Part shown: one piece after another, positions 17,438 to 25,658 of the stretch
How positions within the stretch are numbered: position 1 is the first letter of the stretch
Layout of the letters: the number at the start of each line of letters is the position of its first letter
DNA from: a virus
Length of the DNA: 62,737 nucleotides
IMG/VR virus record: IMGVR_UViG_3300037752_000040
Location: 1-62,737 of that record
Direction: 5' to 3' (one strand)
Notes under the pieces: model-generated
Databases searched by the model: none
Told to the model about the DNA's origin: nothing
Seen by the model: only the letters and a program-made list of their open reading frames with translations
Made by a program: the position numbers and the translations under genes

Positions 17438-18114
17438 GCGATTGCATCTCCCTTCCCGGCAAGATGTCTTATGTCGGCGGCAAACTGACAGAACGCGTGG
17501 ACCTGCCAAAGATACGGGACCGCCTAGTGGTTAGGCATGCTTTGTGCGTTGAGTGCAATCACATTTTCACTTTCAGAAATAGAGTACGAGTACTGAGGCC
17601 GATTCCGTACAGGTTTGTCTGCAAAGGATGTCGCGGAAGTTCTAGGCCCTTGGACTTTCATGGCGAAAGTCACAGTAGAGAATACCGAGTGTACAATGGA
17701 ATGATCTCTCGGTGTGATAACGAGAAAGACGACCACTATAAAGATTATGGCGGTCGCGGAATTTCTATCTGCGATTACTGGCGCGCAGCATTCCTAAATT
17801 TTTTAAACGACATGGGGCGCTCGCCTTCTCCCGAGCATAGCATAAACCGCATTGATAATGACGGGAACTATGAACCAGGGAATTGCGAATGGGCGACGGT
17901 GACAAGTCAGAACCGCAACAAGCGCAACACTTACTGGATCACACTCTACGCCGAGACGCGATGCCTCGCAGAGTGGTGCGAACTTTTCGATTTACCCTAT
18001 TCGAGAACCTACCATCGTTTGAGACGAGGGTGGGACATCGAAACTGCCTTCTTTGAGCCCTGCATGGCTTCAGAAGGTCGACTACCTGTGGTGTTCGAAA
18101 AACCACAGTCCTAA
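17434..18114 (+). CDS. HNH-type homing endonuclease
   Basis: Signature YGGRGISICDYW...INRIDNDGNYEPGNCEWATVTSQNRNKRN. AT-rich island. Confidence 0.65.
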   Translation: MSDCISLPGKMSYVGGKLTERVDLPKIRDRLVVRHALCVECNHIFTFRNRVRVLRPIPYRFVCKGCRGSSRPLDFHGESHSREYRVYNGMISRCDNEKDDHYKDYGGRGISICDYWRAAFLNFLNDMGRSPSPEHSINRIDNDGNYEPGNCEWATVTSQNRNKRNTYWITLYAETRCLAEWCELFDLPYSRTYHRLRRGWDIETAFFEPCMASEGRLPVVFEKPQS

Positions 18115-18144
18115 TCCAAAATCAACACAAGGTTCACAATACAC

Positions 18145-18906
18145 ATGAAACGTCTCACAATCAACACAATCCCGATCCTCGCCGCGAGTTTTTTCGCTCT
18201 GGCTGCATCGGCAAACGCGACGGATATTTTCGACCAGCGCCATGAAGTCACTGCTGATCAGGCACAGGTGAACTGGACCGGGCTATGGGTCGGCGCGGTC
18301 GGCGGGATGAATTTTTTCAACACCGAGACCGACTTCACTGAACATGATCACGATGACGGCAAGCTGGAGAAACATCTGAACGTTGACGGTCTTGGCGCTG
18401 AGGGTTTTTTTGGCGAAGCGCAAATCGGTTACGACCATCAAGTTAGCAACCAGCTTGTGCTGGGTATTTTCGGTGGCCTCAATCTGAGTGATGCCGAGTT
18501 TTCGGCCACAAACACCAACATCTTCAACGAGAACAAAGAATTCAGTGTTTCCACTGATTACGAGTGGGGCAGCGTTCTCGGTGCGCGTCTCGGTCTCCTG
18601 AAGTCGCAAGACACGATGTTCTATCTCGCTGGCGGCTGGGCTCACGCCGAACTCGGCGACACGATTATCAACGGAGAGACCTTCGCATCCGGCCCCAATC
18701 TCAATGGCTGGTTCGGCGAATTGGGTATGGAAACGCGCGTCACAGGCAATGTCTACCTGACGGTCTCCGGTAGGTACACCGACTATGGTTCTGAAACCCT
18801 ATGGGACAACAACCCAGGCGACGGGGAAGATCTGGAAGCTATCGAAATCGACACGGACAGTCTCGCCGCGATGGTTGGTCTCAAGGTCAAGCTCGGCGGC
18901 TTCTAA
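18145..18906 (+). CDS. outer-membrane beta-barrel protein (Omp25/Omp31-like), moron
   Basis: Signal peptide MKRLTINTIPILAASFFALAASANA, alternating beta-strand pattern, and a C-terminal ...VGLKVKLGGF ending in Phe. Confidence 0.65.
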   Translation: MKRLTINTIPILAASFFALAASANATDIFDQRHEVTADQAQVNWTGLWVGAVGGMNFFNTETDFTEHDHDDGKLEKHLNVDGLGAEGFFGEAQIGYDHQVSNQLVLGIFGGLNLSDAEFSATNTNIFNENKEFSVSTDYEWGSVLGARLGLLKSQDTMFYLAGGWAHAELGDTIINGETFASGPNLNGWFGELGMETRVTGNVYLTVSGRYTDYGSETLWDNNPGDGEDLEAIEIDTDSLAAMVGLKVKLGGF

Positions 18907-18949
18907 TCCCCCTAACCCAAGCCCGGTGGCAATACGCTGCCGGGCGGCA

Positions 18950-19099
18950 ATGGAGAGACTGACAATGACGGAATTCCTAAAAGCCTACTGGCCCTGGATC
19001 GCGATCCTTCTGGTTATCGCTGCCATAATCTTCGGCGCTCTTGAGTATCGTGATGCAGTGGCGAGCGTGCTGCCGGCAGGCGGTGAAGGAACCGGCTGA
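18950..19099 (+). CDS. small membrane protein
   Basis: Internal ATG of ORF 18785..19099. TM helix WPWIAILLVIAAIIFGAL. Confidence 0.35.
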   Translation: MERLTMTEFLKAYWPWIAILLVIAAIIFGALEYRDAVASVLPAGGEGTG

Positions 19100-19113
19100 A
19101 AAAGCGAAAGCCG

Positions 19114-19368
19114 GTGAAAATCAAACAGGAGACGATAATGACCGATCACCAACCTATGCCCATAGCAGGGTACACGGCACAGTCCGACGATATAATCAAG
19201 ACTGTGAATGAAAACAAGCAGCTCGAAGAAACTGTTCTCAAACAGCTTGATGCTCTGAAGGCTCGTACTGACGTTGACCAGCGCTGGCTTGCCATCGGGC
19301 GCACTCACGTTGAGGAGGCTTTCATGGCCATCAATCGCGCTCTGTTCAAGCCGCAGAGACTGCCATGA
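19114..19368 (+). CDS. conserved small phage protein
   Basis: 84 aa. The segment DQRWLAIGRTHVEEAFMAINRALFKP resembles a recurrent small-phage-protein motif. Function unknown. Confidence 0.5.
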   Translation: MKIKQETIMTDHQPMPIAGYTAQSDDIIKTVNENKQLEETVLKQLDALKARTDVDQRWLAIGRTHVEEAFMAINRALFKPQRLP

Positions 19369-20189
19369 CACCGCATGGCGTGCTTGAGGACATGACGAAG
19401 GTTGAGGACGCTTTCGGCGAAAAGCTGGGCGATTTCTTCGTTCCGCAGCTTTGGCCGAATATCAAGGCGCTGCTCAAGCATGCCGTGTCGTTTGAATATG
19501 GGCAATCAGCTCCGGGCGAAGAGCATATCGAATTCGGCAATCAGCTTTTTGATCGCCAGCTTTTCGGTCTCCCGTTTCAGGCTGTCTTCATGACCGCATC
19601 CGTTTTACCGCAAACTGCAATTCTCGCCGTGGAAGACGAGATAGAGGGGCATTACGGCGTCCATATGTTCACGTTCGGGCCAACGCAGATTGGCGAAAAT
19701 GTGCGCATCAGTGGAGTGCCGTTGCTTTGGGCTCGCATGAAACACGACGACAACACCGGATGGGTCGACTGGAAATCATTGACCGCAGACGGAACGCACT
19801 GCTCACGAACTACCGGTCGCCCGTGGTCATACGATGATTTCAACATTGCTATCGAAAAGGTGATCAGCTTCACGCTCGGTGCCGCCACGCTCCTGATGTC
19901 AAAGGAGATAGAGGCAACGACCGTGCCCGCCCCGGACAGGTTGAACCGCAAGCGGGAGAAGCAAGGCCGGGAGCTAATCGGTGAACGGCGCATCATTCGG
20001 GTAAGGCCCGAATTCCGTCAGGTGCAGCGTGAAGCGGCGGAGTCATTTCGCACAAGCCCCAGAATGCACTGGCGTCGCGGCCATTTCCGCAAACTGCGGG
20101 AAGACTTTGTCGTGCCTGTAGCGCCAACGATTGTCAACGCGAGTGAAGACGTGAAGCCCTTGGCGAAGAAGTATCTCGTAAATGCCTAA
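19365..20189 (+). CDS. hypothetical protein
   Basis: 274-aa ORF, ATGA-coupled to the upstream gene. Confidence 0.55.
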   Translation: MTPHGVLEDMTKVEDAFGEKLGDFFVPQLWPNIKALLKHAVSFEYGQSAPGEEHIEFGNQLFDRQLFGLPFQAVFMTASVLPQTAILAVEDEIEGHYGVHMFTFGPTQIGENVRISGVPLLWARMKHDDNTGWVDWKSLTADGTHCSRTTGRPWSYDDFNIAIEKVISFTLGAATLLMSKEIEATTVPAPDRLNRKREKQGRELIGERRIIRVRPEFRQVQREAAESFRTSPRMHWRRGHFRKLREDFVVPVAPTIVNASEDVKPLAKKYLVNA

Positions 20190-20336
20190 AAAGCGAAAGC
20201 CGGTCATTGGCGGGCAGGCCAATCCCGGCTGTGTAACCCGCAGCTCTCATGCGGCGTATGTAACCTTTAGCGTCCTGCGTCAGTTCCCCGCGTTTAAGTG
20301 CGTCAGTCAGAATATATCCATTTGGGGAAATGTCAA

Positions 20337-21656
20337 ATGTCTGAGCGAAAAGATCTCTGGTGGGTGTTGCCGGTCTCTGCGGCATTGCTCGTTCTCATAA
20401 CCGCTTCTACCGCTGCGAACTTCATCTATGGGATGGATTTCGGCGGTCCCGTCATCGGTGGCGTGTCGGTAGCTTCTGACCTCATCAAGGTCGTGGCTCT
20501 CATCGGCGTGTTCTCGCTCTGGCGCAATGGGCACTGGTTTCAGGGCGGCGCACTCCTGCTCCTGTTCATCGGCTTTACGGTGTGGTCGATGATATCAGCC
20601 GTAGGATTCATATCGTCAAAATTCTCCACGCTTCAAGATACGCGCGGAAAAGCGGCATCAGAATGGCAGGAGCTGACGGCAGAGATCACGCGCCTGAAGG
20701 CGCAGCGTGAACAGGTTCTTGATGTCAGGCCGATGAAGACCATTCAGGCCGACATCGACGCGCTCCTGCGCATTCCCGGCATCAATGGGTGCGTCAAGAT
20801 CGATGGCCCCGTTACCGAGCAGCATTGCCCGACATTCGGCAAGCTGGAGGCAGAGATCGGCCACGCAGAGCGCGCCATGTGGCTGGACGGACAGCTTGCG
20901 CTCAAGCGTGAGGAGCTGAAGAAAACCGATCGCGTGACGGTGGTCGACCCGAGAACTAATTCGCTTTCTGCCGTCAGTGGCGTTGATGACGGATCGATTG
21001 TCCTGTTCGTCAAGATTTTCATCGCGCTGCTTGTGGAGGCGGCAACCGCCTTCGGGCTGTGGGCTGTATGGTCGCCATTCTTTGCAAGGCGTCACGTGGC
21101 GGCAAGCCGGATGCCTGCCCCCATCATACCCCGGAAGCCCTACACGCCATCCCTGACGCTTCCTGTCAAGCCTGTGACACCTACCGTCACGGAGACGCCG
21201 GAGCCACCTGCATCGACGCCCGGTCCTGACGATAGTGGAACGCCGATTTCCGAGCCGGAAACCAAGCCTGACGACACCGTACAGCCGGAGAACAACGTCG
21301 TCACGCTCTACGATCCTCCCGTCAACAAGCGGGATGAGAAACGCCGGAAGAAAGAAATTATCGACCGGCAAAACCGTGCGCTTGTCAGCTCTTACGTCGA
21401 TGAGCGGCTGGATACAGCATCACCGTCAGCCGAGATCAACTTGACGTCAAAAGGCGGCTGGAAGGCTGGTGGCACGCCGGGCGATGTCATCTACACGGAC
21501 TTCCGCAGATGGTGCCGTGACAGCAATCACCACGCTGTAGGCAGATCGCATTTCGGCAGGTTCATCGGTGAATTTGTTGACAGGGCGCGCAACTCAAAAG
21601 GCGTCGTTTACGGCGCGGTGATCCGGTCGGCAATCGCGAAACGGAAAGCCGCGTAA
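20337..21656 (+). CDS. multi-pass membrane protein with coiled coil and Pro/Thr-rich linker
   Basis: ATG at 20337 (MSERKDLWWVLPVSAALLVL). At least 4 predicted TM helices, a coiled coil and a PT-rich spacer. Confidence 0.55.
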   Translation: MSERKDLWWVLPVSAALLVLITASTAANFIYGMDFGGPVIGGVSVASDLIKVVALIGVFSLWRNGHWFQGGALLLLFIGFTVWSMISAVGFISSKFSTLQDTRGKAASEWQELTAEITRLKAQREQVLDVRPMKTIQADIDALLRIPGINGCVKIDGPVTEQHCPTFGKLEAEIGHAERAMWLDGQLALKREELKKTDRVTVVDPRTNSLSAVSGVDDGSIVLFVKIFIALLVEAATAFGLWAVWSPFFARRHVAASRMPAPIIPRKPYTPSLTLPVKPVTPTVTETPEPPASTPGPDDSGTPISEPETKPDDTVQPENNVVTLYDPPVNKRDEKRRKKEIIDRQNRALVSSYVDERLDTASPSAEINLTSKGGWKAGGTPGDVIYTDFRRWCRDSNHHAVGRSHFGRFIGEFVDRARNSKGVVYGAVIRSAIAKRKAA

Positions 21657-21663
21657 GCAGTTC

Positions 21664-21691
21664 GGTGCCCCTGTCGCTACACAGGGGCACC
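21664..21691 (+). terminator. strong hairpin closing the 18145-21656 block (terminator-like)
   Basis: An 11-bp perfect stem, GGTGCCCCTGT (21664-21674) paired with ACAGGGGCACC (21681-21691), with a 6-nt loop. A T5 run follows 12 nt later. Confidence 0.5.
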
Positions 21692-21832
21692 CGAGAAACT
21701 GGTTTTTGGAAAGAGTGACTTCTGTATCGAGCGTCAAACCCGGCTGACGATGTGATCTGGCGGATCAATCTCAGCAAACGCAAACCTCAAGAAGATGAGG
21801 TCGACTACGCATGAACCAACTACATACAGCGG

Positions 21833-22465
21833 GTGCACGAAATGACTTATAATGCCGAATTGAGGCAAGTTCAAGATAATCTTGACGCTGCCAACATCCT
21901 TACCGATGTCACGCTCGACGCCACCATCGTTCCCTCCGAGCAATACGAGCGCCGGAGCACATCAGCATGGCAGGCGAAGCTCAACGCCGCGCCGACCGCG
22001 CGTGACAACCGCCACACCATCATCCGCGACTGGCTCGATGAAATCTACGACGCCGACCACGCCATTTATCTATTCCGCCTCTTCAAGCTCCATATCGGCT
22101 CGTACAGGGGAAGTTCCTACGAGCTGATGGCACACGCCGCCGTTACCGAGTTCGGCGCTGTAGCGCTTCCTGAGCGCGTTACAGGCACTATCCCGTCTGT
22201 ATCCAGCAGTAAGCCATTCGAGCCGGTTGGCGCTTCAGCAGCTTCCAACGCGAGATGCGCATCGACATCGGCGCATATTTCATCCAGCGAAGGTCGTTCG
22301 CCTGACAACGCATCGCGCCAGTCTTCTACCTCTTCGCGTAGCGATTTGAGCAATTCCAAAGTGTCCATGTCCGAGCCTCCTGATGTGTGTGAGCAGGAGT
22401 TTCATGCCTGGACAAATCGAAGTCAAGTCGCGCCGTCCTGCAAAGCTCATGGAGGTGGAAAATGA
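21833..22465 (+). CDS. hypothetical protein (only the N-terminal half looks protein-like)
   Basis: The stop overlaps the dcm ATG (ATGA at 22462-22465). Residues after about aa 110 are Ser-rich and antisense to ORF 22117..22368. Confidence 0.4.
   Translation: MHEMTYNAELRQVQDNLDAANILTDVTLDATIVPSEQYERRSTSAWQAKLNAAPTARDNRHTIIRDWLDEIYDADHAIYLFRLFKLHIGSYRGSSYELMAHAAVTEFGAVALPERVTGTIPSVSSSKPFEPVGASAASNARCASTSAHISSSEGRSPDNASRQSSTSSRSDLSNSKVSMSEPPDVCEQEFHAWTNRSQVAPSCKAHGGGK
22117..22368 (-). CDS. small acidic protein encoded antisense inside 21833..22465
   Basis: A perfect SD (AGGAGG) lies 7 nt upstream of the ATG at 22368. N-terminus MDTLELLKSLREEVEDWRDALSGERPSLDEICADVDAHL. Confidence 0.4.
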   Translation of the reverse strand: MDTLELLKSLREEVEDWRDALSGERPSLDEICADVDAHLALEAAEAPTGSNGLLLDTDGIVPVTRSGSATAPNSVTAACAISS

Positions 22466-23211
22466 CCTATCGCGTGCTCGATCTGTTCAGCGGCCTGGGT
22501 GGTTTTTCGCTCGGTCTGGAACGTGCCGGCGACTTCGAAACGGTCGCATTTTGCGAAACCGATCCGTATTGCCAGAAAGTGCTGGCCAGACACTGGCCCG
22601 GCATCCCCTGCCACAACGAAATAGAAACCCGAGAATTCAAGGAGGGCGAGGCCGATGTTATCACGGCTGGCTTCCCGTGTCAGGACGTTTCCGAAGCAGG
22701 CAAGCGCGCCGGACTTTCCGGAGAGCGTTCAGGACTCTACCGGGAGGTGGTTCGAGCCGTTCGCGTGGTACGACCGGCAATCGCGTTGCTGGAGAACGTG
22801 GCAGCTCTGCTTAGACGAGGGCTGGGAACTGTTCTCGGAGACCTGGCCGAGCACGGGTATGACGCGGAATGGGATTGCGTGGGTGCCGATCAGATTGGAT
22901 CGTCACAACACCGAGAACGCATCTGGATACTGGCATACCCCGACGACGCGGGACGCAAAGGGCCAGTCTGGGCGGGGCAATCGCATCAAGCGCGGCCGGA
23001 ATGGCAAACTTCACATAGCGAACCTCTGCGATCAGCTTGTGGATTTTGGCCGCCAGGACCTCGTGAGGTCAACGACATTCCGCGAATGGCTGATGGGCCT
23101 CCCGATCGGGCACACCGCCTTAGAGCCATCGGCAACGCCGTCGTCCCACAAATCCCGGAAATAATCGGCAGAGCCATCCTCTCCTCTGCGAAGGGAGGCG
23201 CAAATGTCTAA
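22462..23211 (+). CDS. dcm: DNA (cytosine-5) methyltransferase, with the TRD-like segment out of frame
   Basis: In this frame: motif I DLFSGLGG, IV GFPCQD, VI ENV, VIII QHRERIW, X GNAVVP. The expected TRD blocks (WHTPTTRDAKG, FREWLMGLPIGHT) are read only in the frame of ORF 22655..23164. Confidence 0.7.
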   Translation: MTYRVLDLFSGLGGFSLGLERAGDFETVAFCETDPYCQKVLARHWPGIPCHNEIETREFKEGEADVITAGFPCQDVSEAGKRAGLSGERSGLYREVVRAVRVVRPAIALLENVAALLRRGLGTVLGDLAEHGYDAEWDCVGADQIGSSQHRERIWILAYPDDAGRKGPVWAGQSHQARPEWQTSHSEPLRSACGFWPPGPREVNDIPRMADGPPDRAHRLRAIGNAVVPQIPEIIGRAILSSAKGGANV

Positions 23212-23656
23212 GCTCACCAACATCACCGCCCCGCAGCATCGTTGCCCGACTGGCGAATGCCCTGCTGTCTACACGGATCTGACGCCAGCGGAACACAGAT
23301 GCCCCGTGGGCGATTGCCCCGCGGTTCTCAGCACTGAAGGCAGATACGTCATCATCGGAAAACGGCTTGATCCTGAAGCTGAAGGATTATCCGGAAAGGT
23401 CGGCCCCGGCGAGGAAGCCGTCGAGATCCCTGCAGAGATACTCCTGTCGGCACTTGGGGTGACAGAGCTTGTCGAAGCGGCGAAGCGCGCAGACCAGCTT
23501 ATCGCAGACCTGAACAGCCTGATGATCTTCTATCTCACCAAGAGCATGGAGAAGGACGAGTTCATATCCGAAGTCATCGGACGGTTGGACGGGCCTGATC
23601 CATACGTTTCGCTCCGATCTATCATCGATCGCATAAAGGGAGGCGTCAATGGCTAG
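23204..23656 (+). CDS. hypothetical protein with duplicated HRCP-G-CPAV motif
   Basis: 150 aa containing QHRCPTGECPAV and EHRCPVGDCPAV. Confidence 0.5.
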   Translation: MSKLTNITAPQHRCPTGECPAVYTDLTPAEHRCPVGDCPAVLSTEGRYVIIGKRLDPEAEGLSGKVGPGEEAVEIPAEILLSALGVTELVEAAKRADQLIADLNSLMIFYLTKSMEKDEFISEVIGRLDGPDPYVSLRSIIDRIKGGVNG

Positions 23657-23951
23657 GCACAATCACGGCATCCACGTTGACCGTTTCGACACCGGCCTTA
23701 TCGATCTCAAACGCAAGGAGCAGCGCGATCCGGCGCTCGTCCTCAACCATCTGGCGCAGTCCGGTGAGTTCTCGAATTTCGAGGCCACCGACAACCAGAC
23801 CATTGCCAGAACCGTCCAGCGGCTGATCGACAACGGATACATGATCGCCACCCCAAAAGCCTATCCGTGGACTGAAGTAAAGCTTACCACAAAAGGCAGT
23901 AAGTTCCTAGAAGATAACGGATATTTTGGATTGGGAGGCGTCAATGGCTGA
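23649..23951 (+). CDS. hypothetical (winged-helix-like) protein
   Basis: 100 aa. SD GGGAGG lies 7 nt upstream of the ATG. Confidence 0.5.
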   Translation: MARHNHGIHVDRFDTGLIDLKRKEQRDPALVLNHLAQSGEFSNFEATDNQTIARTVQRLIDNGYMIATPKAYPWTEVKLTTKGSKFLEDNGYFGLGGVNG

Positions 23952-24909
23952 GATAGGGCAGGGGCACAATAGCGCCACTTACGGGCAGGAGCTTTGCGCC
24001 GAGATCGAGACCGTCCTGAGCGACGAGCATAAGAAACTGTTCCATTTCGCCAAGTGGCATATCGAAGATTATCTTCTCGGCACTGAGGGAATGAAGCTGG
24101 AGCAAGAAGGCGCGTACATGCGCTTTCTGATGCGCCTCTACCAGCGCGGCAAGCCGCTTCCCGATGACGACCGCTACATGTCCACGCTGATGCGGCTTTC
24201 GATCCGGGTTTGGAAGCGCATCAAGGACTCCCTTGTCGCAATCGGAAAGATCATCGTCAAGCGCGGATGTCTGACCAACGCACGATTTGAACGGGAACGT
24301 CAAGAGCGTGCAGAGCAGCTCCGCAAGCAGGCCGAAGCCACGCGCAAACAGTGGGAGAGACAGCGCGCCGAAAAAGCGGGAAACAGCGAAGTTTCAGCGA
24401 AGTTTGAGGAAAGTTTGGACGAAGTTTCGCCGAAACTTTCTCAAAACGAAGGCGAAAAAGTAAATAAAAACAACGATCCACCAGGTGGTCAACCAGACAT
24501 AACGCGCGAACTTAAGAAAGAAGAGAAAGAAGAAGATTCAGTTCCTAACGGAACTGGCGCTGAGGCGCCCGAGAAGACCCTTCGTGAAGTGATTTGGGAC
24601 GAGGGATTGGGGTGGCTTCGAACCCGCACTCTGGTTCGGGAAGAAAAGCTCCGTCCGCGTGTCGGACGGTGGATCAGCGATTACGGCGAGGTCGCCGTCA
24701 TGAATGCGCTCGATGCAGCGCAGCAAAAAGGCGCGGTCGATCCGATGAGCTACATCGACGGCTGCTTGCGCAGGCAAGGCAGCGCCAAAGTGAACGGCAT
24801 CACCAATCTGAAACCCTGGGAACTGGAAGAGCAGCAGGCTGACCGGAACACCAGCGACGCCTTGGAAAACCTCAAGAAAAAGTACGCAAACGGATTTGTA
24901 ACGTCATGA
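23944..24909 (+). CDS. DUF1376 (YdaU-like) replication-associated protein
   Basis: The ATG at 23944 has the same GGGAGGCGTCAATGGCT context as the ATG at 23649. N-terminal FAKWHIEDYLLGTEGMKLEQEGAYMRFLMRLYQRGKPLP fits DUF1376. Confidence 0.6.
   Translation: MAEIGQGHNSATYGQELCAEIETVLSDEHKKLFHFAKWHIEDYLLGTEGMKLEQEGAYMRFLMRLYQRGKPLPDDDRYMSTLMRLSIRVWKRIKDSLVAIGKIIVKRGCLTNARFERERQERAEQLRKQAEATRKQWERQRAEKAGNSEVSAKFEESLDEVSPKLSQNEGEKVNKNNDPPGGQPDITRELKKEEKEEDSVPNGTGAEAPEKTLREVIWDEGLGWLRTRTLVREEKLRPRVGRWISDYGEVAVMNALDAAQQKGAVDPMSYIDGCLRRQGSAKVNGITNLKPWELEEQQADRNTSDALENLKKKYANGFVTS
24388..24475. repeat. ori-like iteron array plus A-rich tract inside the replication gene
   Basis: AAGTTT at 24389, 24400, 24411 and 24422 (exact 11-nt phasing). 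An inverted copy AAACTT at 24433. Then the A-rich tract tcaaaacgaaggcgaaaaagtaaataaaaacaacg. Confidence 0.5.
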
Positions 24910-25589
24910 ACAACGATGTGATTTCGAGTTTCATTGAACCAATGCGGCAGGTTTTTGAACTGCCCGCACGATGCAAGGCAACGACTAAAAATCCTGACGA
25001 CTTGAAGAAAGCGCAGGAGAACCTCGAAAAATGGTGCGAACCGTATATCCGGGTGCTCCATACGTTCGATGACCAGACGCTGAAACAGGCGGCTGAAAAC
25101 ATCATTGCCGAGCGGACGAAAAAGGACTTTCCGCTTCCAGCAGAAACCAATGCAGCCTGCAAGCAAGCCTTTGATGACATCCGCTACAATCGCCAGCGCG
25201 GCGAGCGTCCGAACAATCGCAACGAGGATCAGGCGTTTTACGACAAATACCCGGACTGGACCGAACTCCGTCGACAGCAAGCCTACTCGCTGATGCGATG
25301 CGAGATGGGCATGGAAGCGGCTGAAGATCTGTGGGTGTGCGCGCTGTTTGATTTCTGCCGTGTCAATCGAAGGTTGCCGGACAGATACGAGAAAGAAACG
25401 GTCATGAAAACCGGTGCAAAAACATTGGATGTTATTGGACTTTCAAAGGCAGACGCCAGTAATGTGAAAGACATGAGCAGATTGGGCGGACAGTTCATAC
25501 AGGATTTCTTCCGACGCCATGACGCGATCTGCAAGAAGATCGGGGCTGATCAGCATCAGCTCATGGCTATGGCAAGCTTAGGTAGTTGA
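24906..25589 (+). CDS. hypothetical protein in the replication module
   Basis: 227-aa ORF, ATGA-coupled to the DUF1376 gene. Confidence 0.55.
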   Translation: MNNDVISSFIEPMRQVFELPARCKATTKNPDDLKKAQENLEKWCEPYIRVLHTFDDQTLKQAAENIIAERTKKDFPLPAETNAACKQAFDDIRYNRQRGERPNNRNEDQAFYDKYPDWTELRRQQAYSLMRCEMGMEAAEDLWVCALFDFCRVNRRLPDRYEKETVMKTGAKTLDVIGLSKADASNVKDMSRLGGQFIQDFFRRHDAICKKIGADQHQLMAMASLGS

Positions 25590-25658
25590 GTAAAAAATAT
25601 CTCTAACAAAACCGCTACTGCGGTATCTTACGCGCTGTTGCGCAAGGAGAACAATAAA

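Noticed and set aside
23637-23950. The repeated 17-mer GGGAGGCGTCAATGGCT (at 23637 and 23932).
   Set aside because: It is simply a duplicated SD plus start-codon context, with stop/start coupling, for two consecutive genes. There is no evidence of a regulatory or mobile role.
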